From Azolla caroliniana (taxonomy: Eukaryota; Plantae; Polypodiophyta): a stretch of 16,272 nt of DNA. Location of the stretch: positions 1 to 16,272 of the forward strand of contig JBHGNT010000755.1 in the NCBI GenBank assembly GCA_043228905.1, in the 5' to 3' direction. Made by a program: the position numbers and the translations under genes. Positions 1 to 8,411 of this stretch are shown one piece after another (the first letter of the stretch is position 1; the number at the start of each line of letters is the position of its first letter). The notes beneath the pieces were generated by a model. It did not search any database, was not told the origin of the DNA, and saw only the letters and a list, made by a program, of their open reading frames with translations.

Positions 1-1605
1 AATCCGAGGATGCTCGTCTAGGTATACCTCTAATTCTGTATCATCCACCCCCGCCAGCATATTTATATCCTCCGCGTACAATGGTGTTATGCCCTTGGGT
101 TGTGCCGCCATTTCCTCTGTTGGTACGTGGACCTTGGTGCGTCCGCATCGAAAGCTGATACACTTGTGTTTCCAACTTTGCTTGATATTCGCTGAACGAA
201 GCCACGGTCTGCCCAGTAGCATAGGATACGCTCCTGGGGCGTCAAGGGCGAGGACTACCGCCGAGATGTCGAAGCAATGTCCTCCCATGATAATGTCGAA
301 CTTGCATATCAAACCCAATGGTCGTACTGAACGGGTATCCGCCATGCAAAGCCAAAACGGGCAAGCTTCCCATTCTGAAATTCCCAATTGTTCGCATGTC
401 TTCGCACTAATTACATTAACGCCCGAGCCGCCATCGATTACGCATCCTGGGATTTCCTGCCTGTGTAGTATCAATTTAATAGCCGGATTGTGGTGATCCA
501 CCACTATTGGTCCGGCGCTAATGTTTGTAAAATTTGCGGCGACGCTTACCCCAAGTCTGCCCATCATCCGCTCTTCCACGGCCTGGCGGAATTGTGGGAC
601 TAGTTGCCGTAGCTTCTCCATGGTTAACATTATCTCGCTGCCTATTAGTGCTTGCCATATGGGATCCGGAAATGGTCCCTCTTCCTCCAATAGTTCCACC
701 GTGTTTGCGAACTCCTTCCACATGCGTTCTGTATTTGCCGCGTTGGCTTTTTCAACCCATGCTTGGGTTGTCTGCCGTATCTCATCTTGCGTGGCCCAAT
801 CAACATTTTTTGTTTGTTGACGTGTCGTGACTTGCTATACTTCCGCCGTAATCGTATTGACGGTGGGGTGGGCCCCTTGCCCTTGCGTATTGGGCATTGT
901 GTGGCATAATGTTCGGGCTGTTGACAAACAAAGCAATGGATGCTAGATTCTCATGTTGAATTCAACTACGGAATGCCTCGAATTAAAGAAAATCGTGCAC
1001 TGGATCGCTTGGCAAAAATGTCATTCTTTGTCCTGAGGTAACGCTTGTCATAATGAGGACATGGAATACCTTTCCTCTTCTTCGTCCAGCTCGAGCTGTA
1101 GCGCTCTTTCTATGACCATATCGGTCGTTTCCCCTTTCACGCTATTGTTGTTGAGCGTTGTCCGTATGGGTCATCGTAATGCTGTTAGAAATGTCTCCCT
1201 AGCCTCGTCCTCCGTCGAGCCCCATTCTAATTTCCGCCTTAGGTTTTGGAAGCGTAAACTGAAATCCTCTACCGTCTCGGGCGGTAACTGTTTAATTGTG
1301 TAAAATTGCCCGAGGATTTCGCGTTGTGGCACCCTCCGATGAAAAAACCGTAGAAAGGTTGACTGTAGTTGTTCGAAGGTCCTGATTGCTGGCAGATCCA
1401 TTTGCGAATGCCAAAACACTGCTCTCCCATCCAAGGTTAATCCGAACTCTGTCATTTTGGACTAGTGCGTGACTTCTTCGGAAAGGTTCTACACCATGTG
1501 GTTTGCATTCCAGACATTGAGGAACAATCGGATGTGGGTTGTGGCGTCGGTTTCGCCGTTGAAGCAGGGATAAGCAAAGGCCATGCTGGATGTTGCGGCG
1601 GACAT
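1..1605 (-). pseudogene. Degenerate gypsy gag + zinc knuckle + aspartic protease
   Basis: My translation gives MSAATSSMAFAYPCFNGETDATTHIRLFLNVW...*...EFGLTLDGRAVFW...TFEQLQSTFLRFF (ORF 1171-1455). An intact CX2CX4HX4C knuckle CFVCQQPEHYATQC lies at 894-935. The protease motif VIDGGSGVNVI is at ~410-441, with LLGRPWL downstream. There are several in-frame stops. Confidence 0.88.
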
Positions 1606-1851
1606 GGAAAGACCACAGTGCGTTTGTGGTGAGCGCGCTTCCTGCGTATCATCGAGGTATTTGGGTAGCGAGAAATCTTCTTTGTGGTCCCGACAGGTAT
1701 CACTGAGGTCACTGAGGCGAGGCTTTTGCCATGCACGTTCCTCTGTTTGGCGTGTAATGGACCTTGTGATTGGTCACTCTTGTCGTGTTGGTTCTCTAGG
1801 GCGTTCTGCGGGTAAACATCCATTCGTCGTTGTTCTTCTATGAGAAGACAC

Positions 1852-1869
1852 AGATCACCAAGCCTGCCA
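1852..1869 (-). promoter_or_regulatory. Putative PBS of element H (TGGCAGGCTTGGTGATCT), possibly a degenerate tRNA-Arg type
   Basis: It starts with TGG 4 nt after the LTR's CA end on the minus strand. The tRNA assignment rests on loose resemblance only. Confidence 0.5.
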
Positions 1870-1873
1870 AAAG

Positions 1874-2343
1874 TGTTACCAATTAGGAACACGGTCTATG
1901 GTCAGTCCTTTGGCATAGACCTCAAAGTGACTATGTTGCAACAAATGGTATCATCGTAGTGTAATACTTAGTGGGATACCTCCCGTATCCTAGTAGTGTA
2001 TAAGGTAGACGGCTACAACCAAACTCCTTAGACAGTGCACTAGCAACCACACTGTTACTCATGCCTGCACTCTTACGATTGCGCTACACCACTCAAGAAT
2101 CACAAACACAAAGTAGATCAACCACAGATACACACAAGAATCAGAGAAGATAGAACTCTATTACAATACGCCTTTTACATTCAAATTTACACGCTACCTC
2201 TATCAGAGGTTTACTGCCCTTTATATACACAGGGTCTTTTAGCCGTTCACGCTTCCCGCATGAACCGTTTACATGCGTTACAAAATTACTTTATTCTATA
2301 TTACTGCGCTCTTGTCCGTCGGTTACTATTCCAGCGGACAACA
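1874..2343 (-). repeat. 5' LTR of gypsy element H (~470 bp)
   Basis: Termini are TGTT (1874) and AACA (2343). A minus-strand TATA-like GTGTATATAAAGGG lies at ~2217-2230. It is flanked by the PBS on one side and an abrupt switch to copia RT codons on the other. Confidence 0.8.
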
Positions 2344-3060
2344 GTGTGTGAGCCGACTTAGTATCGACAACTCATCGGGAGTCTCATCTACCTCATGATC
2401 ACACGACCCGATCTCAGTTATCCGGTTGGTCTCCTTAGCCATTTCATGCAAACACGGCGTGATACTCACTTGGATTGCGCTAAGCGAGTTCTACGATACG
2501 TGAGCGGCACAATGGATTGTAGCATCCTCTACAAAACCGCGATGCCAATACGACTCGAGGGGTACACAGACGTCGATTGGGCCGGCTACAAAGCCGATAG
2601 AAGATCAACCTCCGGATTTGTTTTTTCCCTCGGTAGCGGAGCAATATCCTTGAGCAACAAAAAACAACCCACTATCGCTCTTTCGAGCACAGAGGTGGAA
2701 TACAGGGGCGCGGCAGTGGCCGCATGTGAAGCCGTATGGCTCAAAAGGATACTCAAGGATCTGGGCGTACCCATCAAGGATCCGACTTCCCTTTACTGCG
2801 ACAACATGAGCAGTATCTATCTGGCTCGGAACCCAGTGTTCCATGCACGGACAAAGCACATCGAAGTGCACTATCACTTCATCCGAGAGCGCGTTCTAGT
2901 TGGCGATGTCGACCTACAACACATTAGCACAAATCTTCAAACGGCCGACATCTTCTCTTAAGCCTTAGGAGCCGACAAGCTATGGCAATTCATGACCGAT
3001 CTCGGATTGACGATCCCTGATCTACCAAGCTTGAGGGGGAGTACTGAAAACACTACGTAA
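2344..3060 (+). pseudogene. Copia pol C-terminus (RT end + RNase H)
   Basis: VCEPT*YRQLIGSLIYLMITRPDLSYPVG...GYTDVDWAG...DRRSTSG...ALSSTEVEY...YCDNMSSI...HARTKHIEVHYHFIRE...QTADIFS*ALG...LRG. In-frame stops at 2359 and 2959. Confidence 0.93.
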
Positions 3061-3265
3061 TAATGCGTAGATTCCGCAACTGCACACTACGCAATAAAGC
3101 GTCGAAGCCACGAAGAGCCAATCTACCGCGCAAAGCCGCGAAGAAAGACGCAGCCGAAGCACAGACTTCGCAACTACGCACAACGCAAGCTGGAGCACGG
3201 ATTCCACAACTCTGCATAAATTCGAGTCGAAGCGGATTTTGGATACCGTCTGAAACCGACCCGAC

Positions 3266-3282
3266 TTGAGCTTGAGGGGGCA
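3266..3282 (+). promoter_or_regulatory. Polypurine tract region of copia A
   Basis: TTGAGCTTGAGGGGGCA lies directly before the TG that opens the LTR. Confidence 0.8.
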
Positions 3283-3671
3283 TGTTGAGAATCAAGCTCA
3301 ACTTGGTCTAGTGTGTGAACTCACCTTGAGAGTGAATAGACACTCCAACGGTCAAGAGTCACCATTATGTCACCACTTTGTATTCTAACATTTAGTACGA
3401 GTCATAGAATCATATTCTATGACACATAACTTATGAGCTTTCACATTCCCCATGCTCCATGAGTCTTGTAGTTAATCAAGAGAGAGGGTGACTATATAAA
3501 GCACCCTCCGCCCACCTTGTATAATGTTGAGTCTTTCTCCTTTGTTAATATACTTTTACTTTGCGTATTCTCTAAGTCTTACTCCTCGTCTCTCTCTCTC
3601 TCTCTCATACACACACACACACACAGTTCACACTTATTCCGCTGCACAAGAATCATACCCAATTCTTTACA
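3283..3671 (+). repeat. 3' LTR of copia A (~389 bp)
   Basis: It starts TGTTGAGA after the PPT and has TATA CTATATAAA at ~3492-3500. It ends AATTCTTTACA, similar to the AATTCTTAACA ends at 4428 and 5236, and coding sequence of another copia resumes at 3672. Confidence 0.82.
3589..3625 (+). repeat. Compound microsatellite (TC)9-AT-(AC)8 inside the LTR
   Basis: Read directly from the sequence. Related TC/AC tracts occur at ~4310-4350 and ~5120-5158. Confidence 0.95.
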
Positions 3672-3982
3672 ATTCTTCTAGAGAGAAGAATCTCCTCACT
3701 CGGCTCGGCTACAACGATTACATGGCCCATCATTATGCTTTCGTGGTGAAGGTAGCGGTCGAACAAGAGCCCGAGAGCTCTACAGAAGTAGCTCGTAACC
3801 CACGATAGGTGGCAGTAGTTGACCTTCGCCCACACACTACAAGCCTTCATCACCGGCTTGAGGGGGATGAATCGAGATTGCCTCTAAAAGGCCGAAGAAA
3901 GATGAAGGCCGGATGGAAGCATGCAAAGCCGACAAAAGCCAAAGCGGATGTCAGACACCTCACACTTGAGCTTGAGGGGGCG
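3672..3982 (+). mobile_element. Copia B internal remnant: integrase-RT linker fused to the pol 3' end and PPT (RT/RNase H deleted)
   Basis: SSREKNLLTRLGYNDYMAHHYAFVVKVAVEQEPES matches RSTRQKNPVARFGYNEYMAHHYAYMTRVAEVREPES of element G (ORF 14570-14932). GCTTGAGGGGGA follows at ~3856, and the PPT TTGAGCTTGAGGGGG at 3966-3980. Confidence 0.82.
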
Positions 3983-4428
3983 CATTGAGAGATCAAGCTC
4001 AACTTAGTTTACTTAGTTAGTCAACCATGTAACTTCGTAGTTACATAGATAAAATCTAGTTAGAAGTGTTGACTATAATGCCTTAAATATGACCTTGTAC
4101 TTAAGTGGGATATTCTAGATCCTTCACTCCCAAGTACTTTTAATATAGGACTTACACCCTTGTACCTATATTCTCCTCACACATGTGCACCCTTCCACAT
4201 GAGATCTATATATACCTCATTGTGGGTATTTTTGTATTTGATGATGATAATGCTAATTTAATATAGAGTTAATCATCCCTCATCTTGTGTTGTTCATAAG
4301 TGTTAACTTCCTCACTCTTTCTTCCTCTCACACACAACACACACACATATCTCTTAATCTTCCGCTTATTAACTTAATCACATAATTAGGTACTAATTAA
4401 CCTATACTTAATTACCTAATTCTTAACA
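3983..4428 (+). repeat. Copia LTR (~446 bp) flanked by a PPT upstream and a PBS downstream
   Basis: The start aligns with LTR A (TTGAGA.ATCAAGCTCAACTT), though the first dinucleotide reads CA instead of TG. TATA CTATATATA is at ~4206. It ends TTAACA, and its last ~148 nt recur at 5091-5236. Confidence 0.87.
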
Positions 4429-4439
4429 TGGTATCAGAG
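4429..4439 (+). promoter_or_regulatory. PBS complementary to initiator tRNA-Met
   Basis: TGGTATCAGAG lies immediately after the LTR's CA, matching the canonical plant Met-i PBS. Confidence 0.93.
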
Positions 4440-4594
4440 TGTGTGGTTTAGAAAATCCACTAAGCCCACCCGACTCCGTAATTGTGTTCGAGAAGCCGAT
4501 GACAAATTCCATCTATCCGCTATCGTAGTACTGTTACGTAGCACGAGTACGTGATCGAGGGAAGGATATCAAAAAAGGAAGACACTACATCCAA

Positions 4595-4841
4595 ATGAAC
4601 ACACAAATGGGTAGCTCACTCCCTAGTGAAAGGCTAGACCAAGCAATTATTCATCTTGGGAGTACAAGATGAACCAATACCTTGTCAGCCAATGGTATTA
4701 GAGCTACATCAACGACGCACAAGAAAATCGACTCGACTCAATGACCGCCGACTATTCAACATGGGAGCAAGCGACGAGTCAAGTCATATATTGTTTGGCA
4801 ACATGTGTCGACGACCACATACTTAGCCACATTCGAGATGC
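4595..4841 (+). pseudogene. Copia C gag N-terminus (frameshifted, truncated)
   Basis: MNTQMGSSLPSERLDQ/NYSSWEYKMNQYLVSQWY*SYI...WEQATSQVIYCLATCVDDHILSHIRDA shows the copia gag NY..W...M..YL pattern. It is cut at 4842 by TGTCATG. Confidence 0.82.
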
Positions 4842-5072
4842 TGTCATGAAGATCCATCACTAGGTGCAGATCGTGAGGCGGAACCATCGAGGTCCTGGAC
4901 CGGAAGGATTCGAAGTTTGCACTAGCTTTAGTGAGAAAGTATTTAAGATAGATTGAAAGAGAGAGATTAAGATAAAGATTGAACGCTTGACTTTAGATTT
5001 GAGAGACAAGATATATCAATAGGATAACGAGTTTTCTTATTATTTTCCCCAAAATTTACATTCCAATTGATA
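4842..5072 (-). mobile_element. Fragment I of a gypsy-type LTR (U5 end, reverse orientation) related to the LTR of F
   Basis: It begins TGTCATG exactly where gag breaks off. GGAACCATCGAGGTCCTGGAC (4880-4900) matches GGAACCATTGAGGTTTTGGAC (8456-8476) at 18/21 and sits a similar distance from the terminus. The right boundary is approximate. Confidence 0.65.
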
Positions 5073-5088
5073 ATAAGTGTTAACTTCC

Positions 5089-5236
5089 CACATCTTGTGT
5101 TGTTTATAAGTGTTAACTTCCTCTCTCTCTCTTCCTCTCACACACATACACACACATATCACTTCATCTTCCGCGGTTAACTTAATCACATAATTAGGTA
5201 CTAATTAACCCATAGTTAATTACCTAATTCTTAACA
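5089..5236 (+). repeat. Partial 3' LTR of copia C (3' ~148 bp only)
   Basis: It is a direct repeat of 4281-4428, with about 10 differences by eye, and ends CTTAACA. Confidence 0.92.
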
Positions 5237-5706
5237 TCTTGTGGCCTATGACTACGTCCAAGACTATTATGTACACATAATGTTGGTGAGGGTAGGTCAC
5301 TAATATTTACATTAGTGAAGGGTATGTTCACTAATGTTAAAAAGGGGCTAATGTGATTGGAAAGAAGGAATGATAGGTGCATGCACTATCATGATTTGGG
5401 CAACCAATGAATGGAGACCCTTTTAGAAAGGCACATCTATTCAAGGGGCCTAGGAAAAGGTATAAATATGACGCTTAGCTACCTTCATAGGGACATTACG
5501 TCGGAAGGCTGCTGTCTCACCGGTGGTGCGGGCTAGGCTTTCGTCTCGACGATCGTGTTTATCTCTTCCAAGGTATTAGTCGGTGGTAGGTTGGCTATGT
5601 CTAGATCATAGCTCAAGGGTGGTCGGGTGGAACAGGTTCTTCTATCCAATCTATTTTCCTTCTTTTACATTACTTTGGTCTATTGATTAGTAATAGACTC
5701 TTAACA
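5237..5706 (+). repeat. 5' LTR of element E (left boundary uncertain: 5237 if interrupted by the copia, or TGTTGG at 5281)
   Basis: TATA TATAAAT is at 5461-5467. It ends CTCTTAACA, 1 nt before the PBS. Confidence 0.65.
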
Positions 5707-5707
5707 G

Positions 5708-5719
5708 TGGTATCCGAGC
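5708..5719 (+). promoter_or_regulatory. PBS, tRNA-Met type
   Basis: TGGTATCCGAGC matches canonical TGGTATCAGAGC at 11/12 and follows ...AACA-G. Confidence 0.85.
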
Positions 5720-5953
5720 ATTTAATAACTTTTTTTTTTGTTGTTTTTATGTTTTTTGCGTGTGAGCGATGGGGATGTAACAAGGCTCGTCATGCTCTTC
5801 ACAGGATCAAAACAACATTCTTAACCCGGTATTCTTCTTTCTCGATCTCTCTCTCCTTTTCTATGATGCGTTCTTCTTGGTCGAATCAAATTTGTATTAC
5901 ATTTTAATTTCTTTCTTTATACTTTCTACCATGCTACGATTTTAATTATTATT

Positions 5954-6317
5954 GTGCATCGGGCGACGTGTGTTTGCACTAATCGCACACGCTCAACTCA
6001 TGGCCCTTTTCAATACTGCGATGTATCTCCCACTCTCCCCTCTCCTGAGCCATCTCTTAAAATAATAATTATTCTTGTGCATTGGCTCGAGCGTGCTTGC
6101 CTAATCGCACATGCTCACCTCATGGCCCTTTTGCATATGATGTTGCGTATGCCACCCTTCCCTTTATTGAGCCATCACTTGGCCGATTCTATGGAATGTT
6201 GTGGTCTTAACGAGGTGTATGTCGCCTACCTATGCCACTCTACTCTCTATTGAGCCATCACTTGGTCGATTCTATGGAGATGTGGTGGTCTTGAGGAGGT
6301 GCATGTCGACTACCCTA
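5954..6317 (+). repeat. Two pairs of imperfect direct repeats in the leader of E
   Basis: A ~60-nt unit (GTGCAT...CTAATCGCACA.GCTCA.CTCATGGCCCTTTT) occurs at 5954 and 6077. A ~67-nt unit (ATTGAGCCATCACTTGG.CGATTCTATGGA...) occurs at 6166 and 6249. Confidence 0.88.
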
Positions 6318-7312
6318 GGGTTTATTAACCTTATGGCATGCTTAATGTTCATACACCTAATTGATTATTATTCTAATTATTTTCTAATTACACAAATTGC
6401 CTTTTCACTTTTTGATGATTTTCTCATAATTTTCATTAAATACCCACCCACAATTAACTCTCTATCTTGCCCTTATTTTAAGTTCATCTACACTTATTAC
6501 GTTCATGTTTAATGGTGTAACGATTCATGTAGACTATTTTTTAATATTGAGTGGGCATCATGCCGCTTTTTGAACATTTTTTCCAAAGTGTTATTGAGGT
6601 TTGACGTATGTAACCGAGCCTTAGAACTCGATTAAAAACACATGAGTTCCCCTATTGATGTTTTACTCATAAATTTGAGTACTACATCTTTGCGCACAAC
6701 ACCACCACCATTTGTATCAATTTGTGGCGTATGTCACAATTGCACAAATTACAACCATCATATTGGGATGTATATGTGCATACCTTGCACCATCCATTTA
6801 TTTGTGACATTTTTTTTAGTAGGTAGCACATGGGTTTTTGAACCTTGTTTTCGTCACTTCTTGACTCTTATAGATAGTGACTTCTTTTTCTCTTTTTTTC
6901 AAAACATTTGATTGCTACTCGCGAGACTAGAATATTACTTGCGAGTGCACTTGTTTTTTCACGTAATACACTTTCTTGACCATATCAATACATGTTGGGT
7001 TGGCCTTCTAATATAAGGCTAACTAGGAAACTACATTGATGTTAGAATCATGGTTGAGCCTTGGGGAGCCGCCATGATTATTCAAGATAGAGATCCGAGA
7101 AAGATATCTTAGCTATGTTTTCCCCCATGGTTTTTAAAACACCATAGTGTTACCATAGTTATCGGATCTCGAATCACGTCTCATATGTCTAGAGGGGTAA
7201 AGACGTGAGATGCTTTCTTGGTAAAGTTCTTACAATCAAAATTTCAAGCATTCATTTTGCTTGTGTATTTTCTGAACATCCTTATTTATATTGCATACCC
7301 ACAACTTGCATC

Positions 7313-8411
7313 ATGGAACAAGTTTTGAACACCGTTGGAGCGATCTCTCAGACTAAGACCTCTCAACTCCAATCCGCATCTCGCACACAAGCTGAGATCA
7401 CTATTGAGCAATTGCTCACTACTACCTTGAATCAATTGGCCAAAATGAGGCAGGCCAATATGGCATTGGAAAAGAAATTCCAAGAAAGAAGGTGAACCTT
7501 TCGTAGTAACGCCATTCAAGGGAGATAAGAAAGAAAGAACCAAGGAGGCCATTAGCACTTGGCTTGGTCATTGCGAGTCTCACTTTGAGCTTCACCCCAA
7601 GTCTTATGCTGTAAAAATTGGTTATGTCGGTCGTGAGTTAGGTGGCCAAGTTGTTGCTTGGTGGTGGCCTAAGGACTACAAATAACTTACCCACAACTTG
7701 GGCAGGTTTCGTTGATGTTTTTAAGAAATAGTTTTTGTAGCCACCTTCTCAAACTAAACAAGCACAACACTTGCTCACGTTGTCGAGTAAGCCATTTACC
7801 TCTCTCGAGGATTATGTGCATCATGCTCAGACCCAGATCCAAAAATTGGGACTTACAGGTGAGAAATGGTTTGTTGCTTGCTTTTTGAATGGTATTCCCA
7901 ATGGGGATAACCATTGGATTGTCCATGACAAGGACCCCACAACTTTCGAGGAAGCCATCAACATTGTACTTCGGTACCATAGGACTTCCACGAAAGACCA
8001 CAATAAACTTGAGCTCGCCAAAACTCTGAATGTCAAGTTCATTGGGAAATGTAAGCAATCCAGTGACACTCTTGACCGCAACTCCAAGAAACCGAACCTC
8101 TTCTATGCATATTGCAAGAAATGGGGCCACGCAAAGGATACCTATCGTTGTCTTGAGAGGAAGTCAATGAACACCCCTCCTCAAGACAAATCTACGAGTC
8201 ACATAGGTGAGTCTTTTGATGTTGTTGAAGTTCATACCAACCACTTAAGTTCATGTGAATGCACTTTTACTTCACATTTACTTGAACCTAATGATTTACA
8301 CCGAGTAGTCAGGTATATCAATGGAACACAAGCACATTTCTTGTTTGATTCCGGTAGTTCTCACAATTTTCTTAATGATCACTTTGCGCAGCAAATGGAA
8401 GTCCGCATAAA
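7313..8411 (+). pseudogene. Degenerate gypsy gag + knuckle + N-terminal half of aspartic protease
   Basis: After a frameshift it reads PFKGDKKERTKEAISTWL...ELGGQVVAWW...LPTTWAGFVDVFKK*F, a gag-core pattern. A decayed knuckle YAYCKKWGHAKDTY is at 8104-8145. The protease motif FLFDSGSSHNFL has its Asp at 8347. It is cut by the LTR at 8412. Confidence 0.85.

Larger units (their letters stand above)
1..2343 (-). mobile_element. Ty3/gypsy LTR retrotransposon H, 5' part (LTR-PBS-gag-protease), continues beyond the left edge
   Basis: On the minus strand the order is LTR (1874-2343), TGG-initiated PBS, gag core, CCHC knuckle, aspartic protease. The right end abuts copia RT codons at 2344. Confidence 0.9.
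2344..3671 (+). mobile_element. Ty1/copia LTR retrotransposon A, 3' part (RT end, RNase H, PPT, 3' LTR)
   Basis: Copia RT/RNase H motifs are followed by PPT GAGGGGG and an LTR running TGTTGAG...TTTACA. Confidence 0.92.
5237..8411 (+). mobile_element. Ty3/gypsy LTR retrotransposon E, 5' part (LTR, PBS, ~1.6 kb leader, gag, start of protease)
   Basis: The LTR end TTAACA (5706) is followed by a Met PBS, then gypsy gag and a DSG protease on the same strand. That the leader links PBS and gag in one element is inferred. Confidence 0.7.

Noticed and set aside
89-1892. Plus-strand ORFs (89-496, 521-820, 534-830, 1061-1303, 1583-1843) and minus ORF 1452-1892
   Set aside because: They are antisense or off-frame shadows of the gypsy gag-protease, with no recognisable domains.
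3524-3808. 94-aa ORF as an independent gene
   Set aside because: It is a chimera of LTR/microsatellite sequence running into the copia B linker remnant.
5954-6317. Spaced repeats as a CRISPR-like array
   Set aside because: There are only two copies each of two different 60-67 nt imperfect units, no cas genes, and a eukaryotic TE context.
5683-6911. Hydrophobic ORFs as an env-like or extra gene
   Set aside because: They are short, mostly non-ATG ORFs whose F/L/I bias is explained by T-rich DNA, and they carry no motifs.
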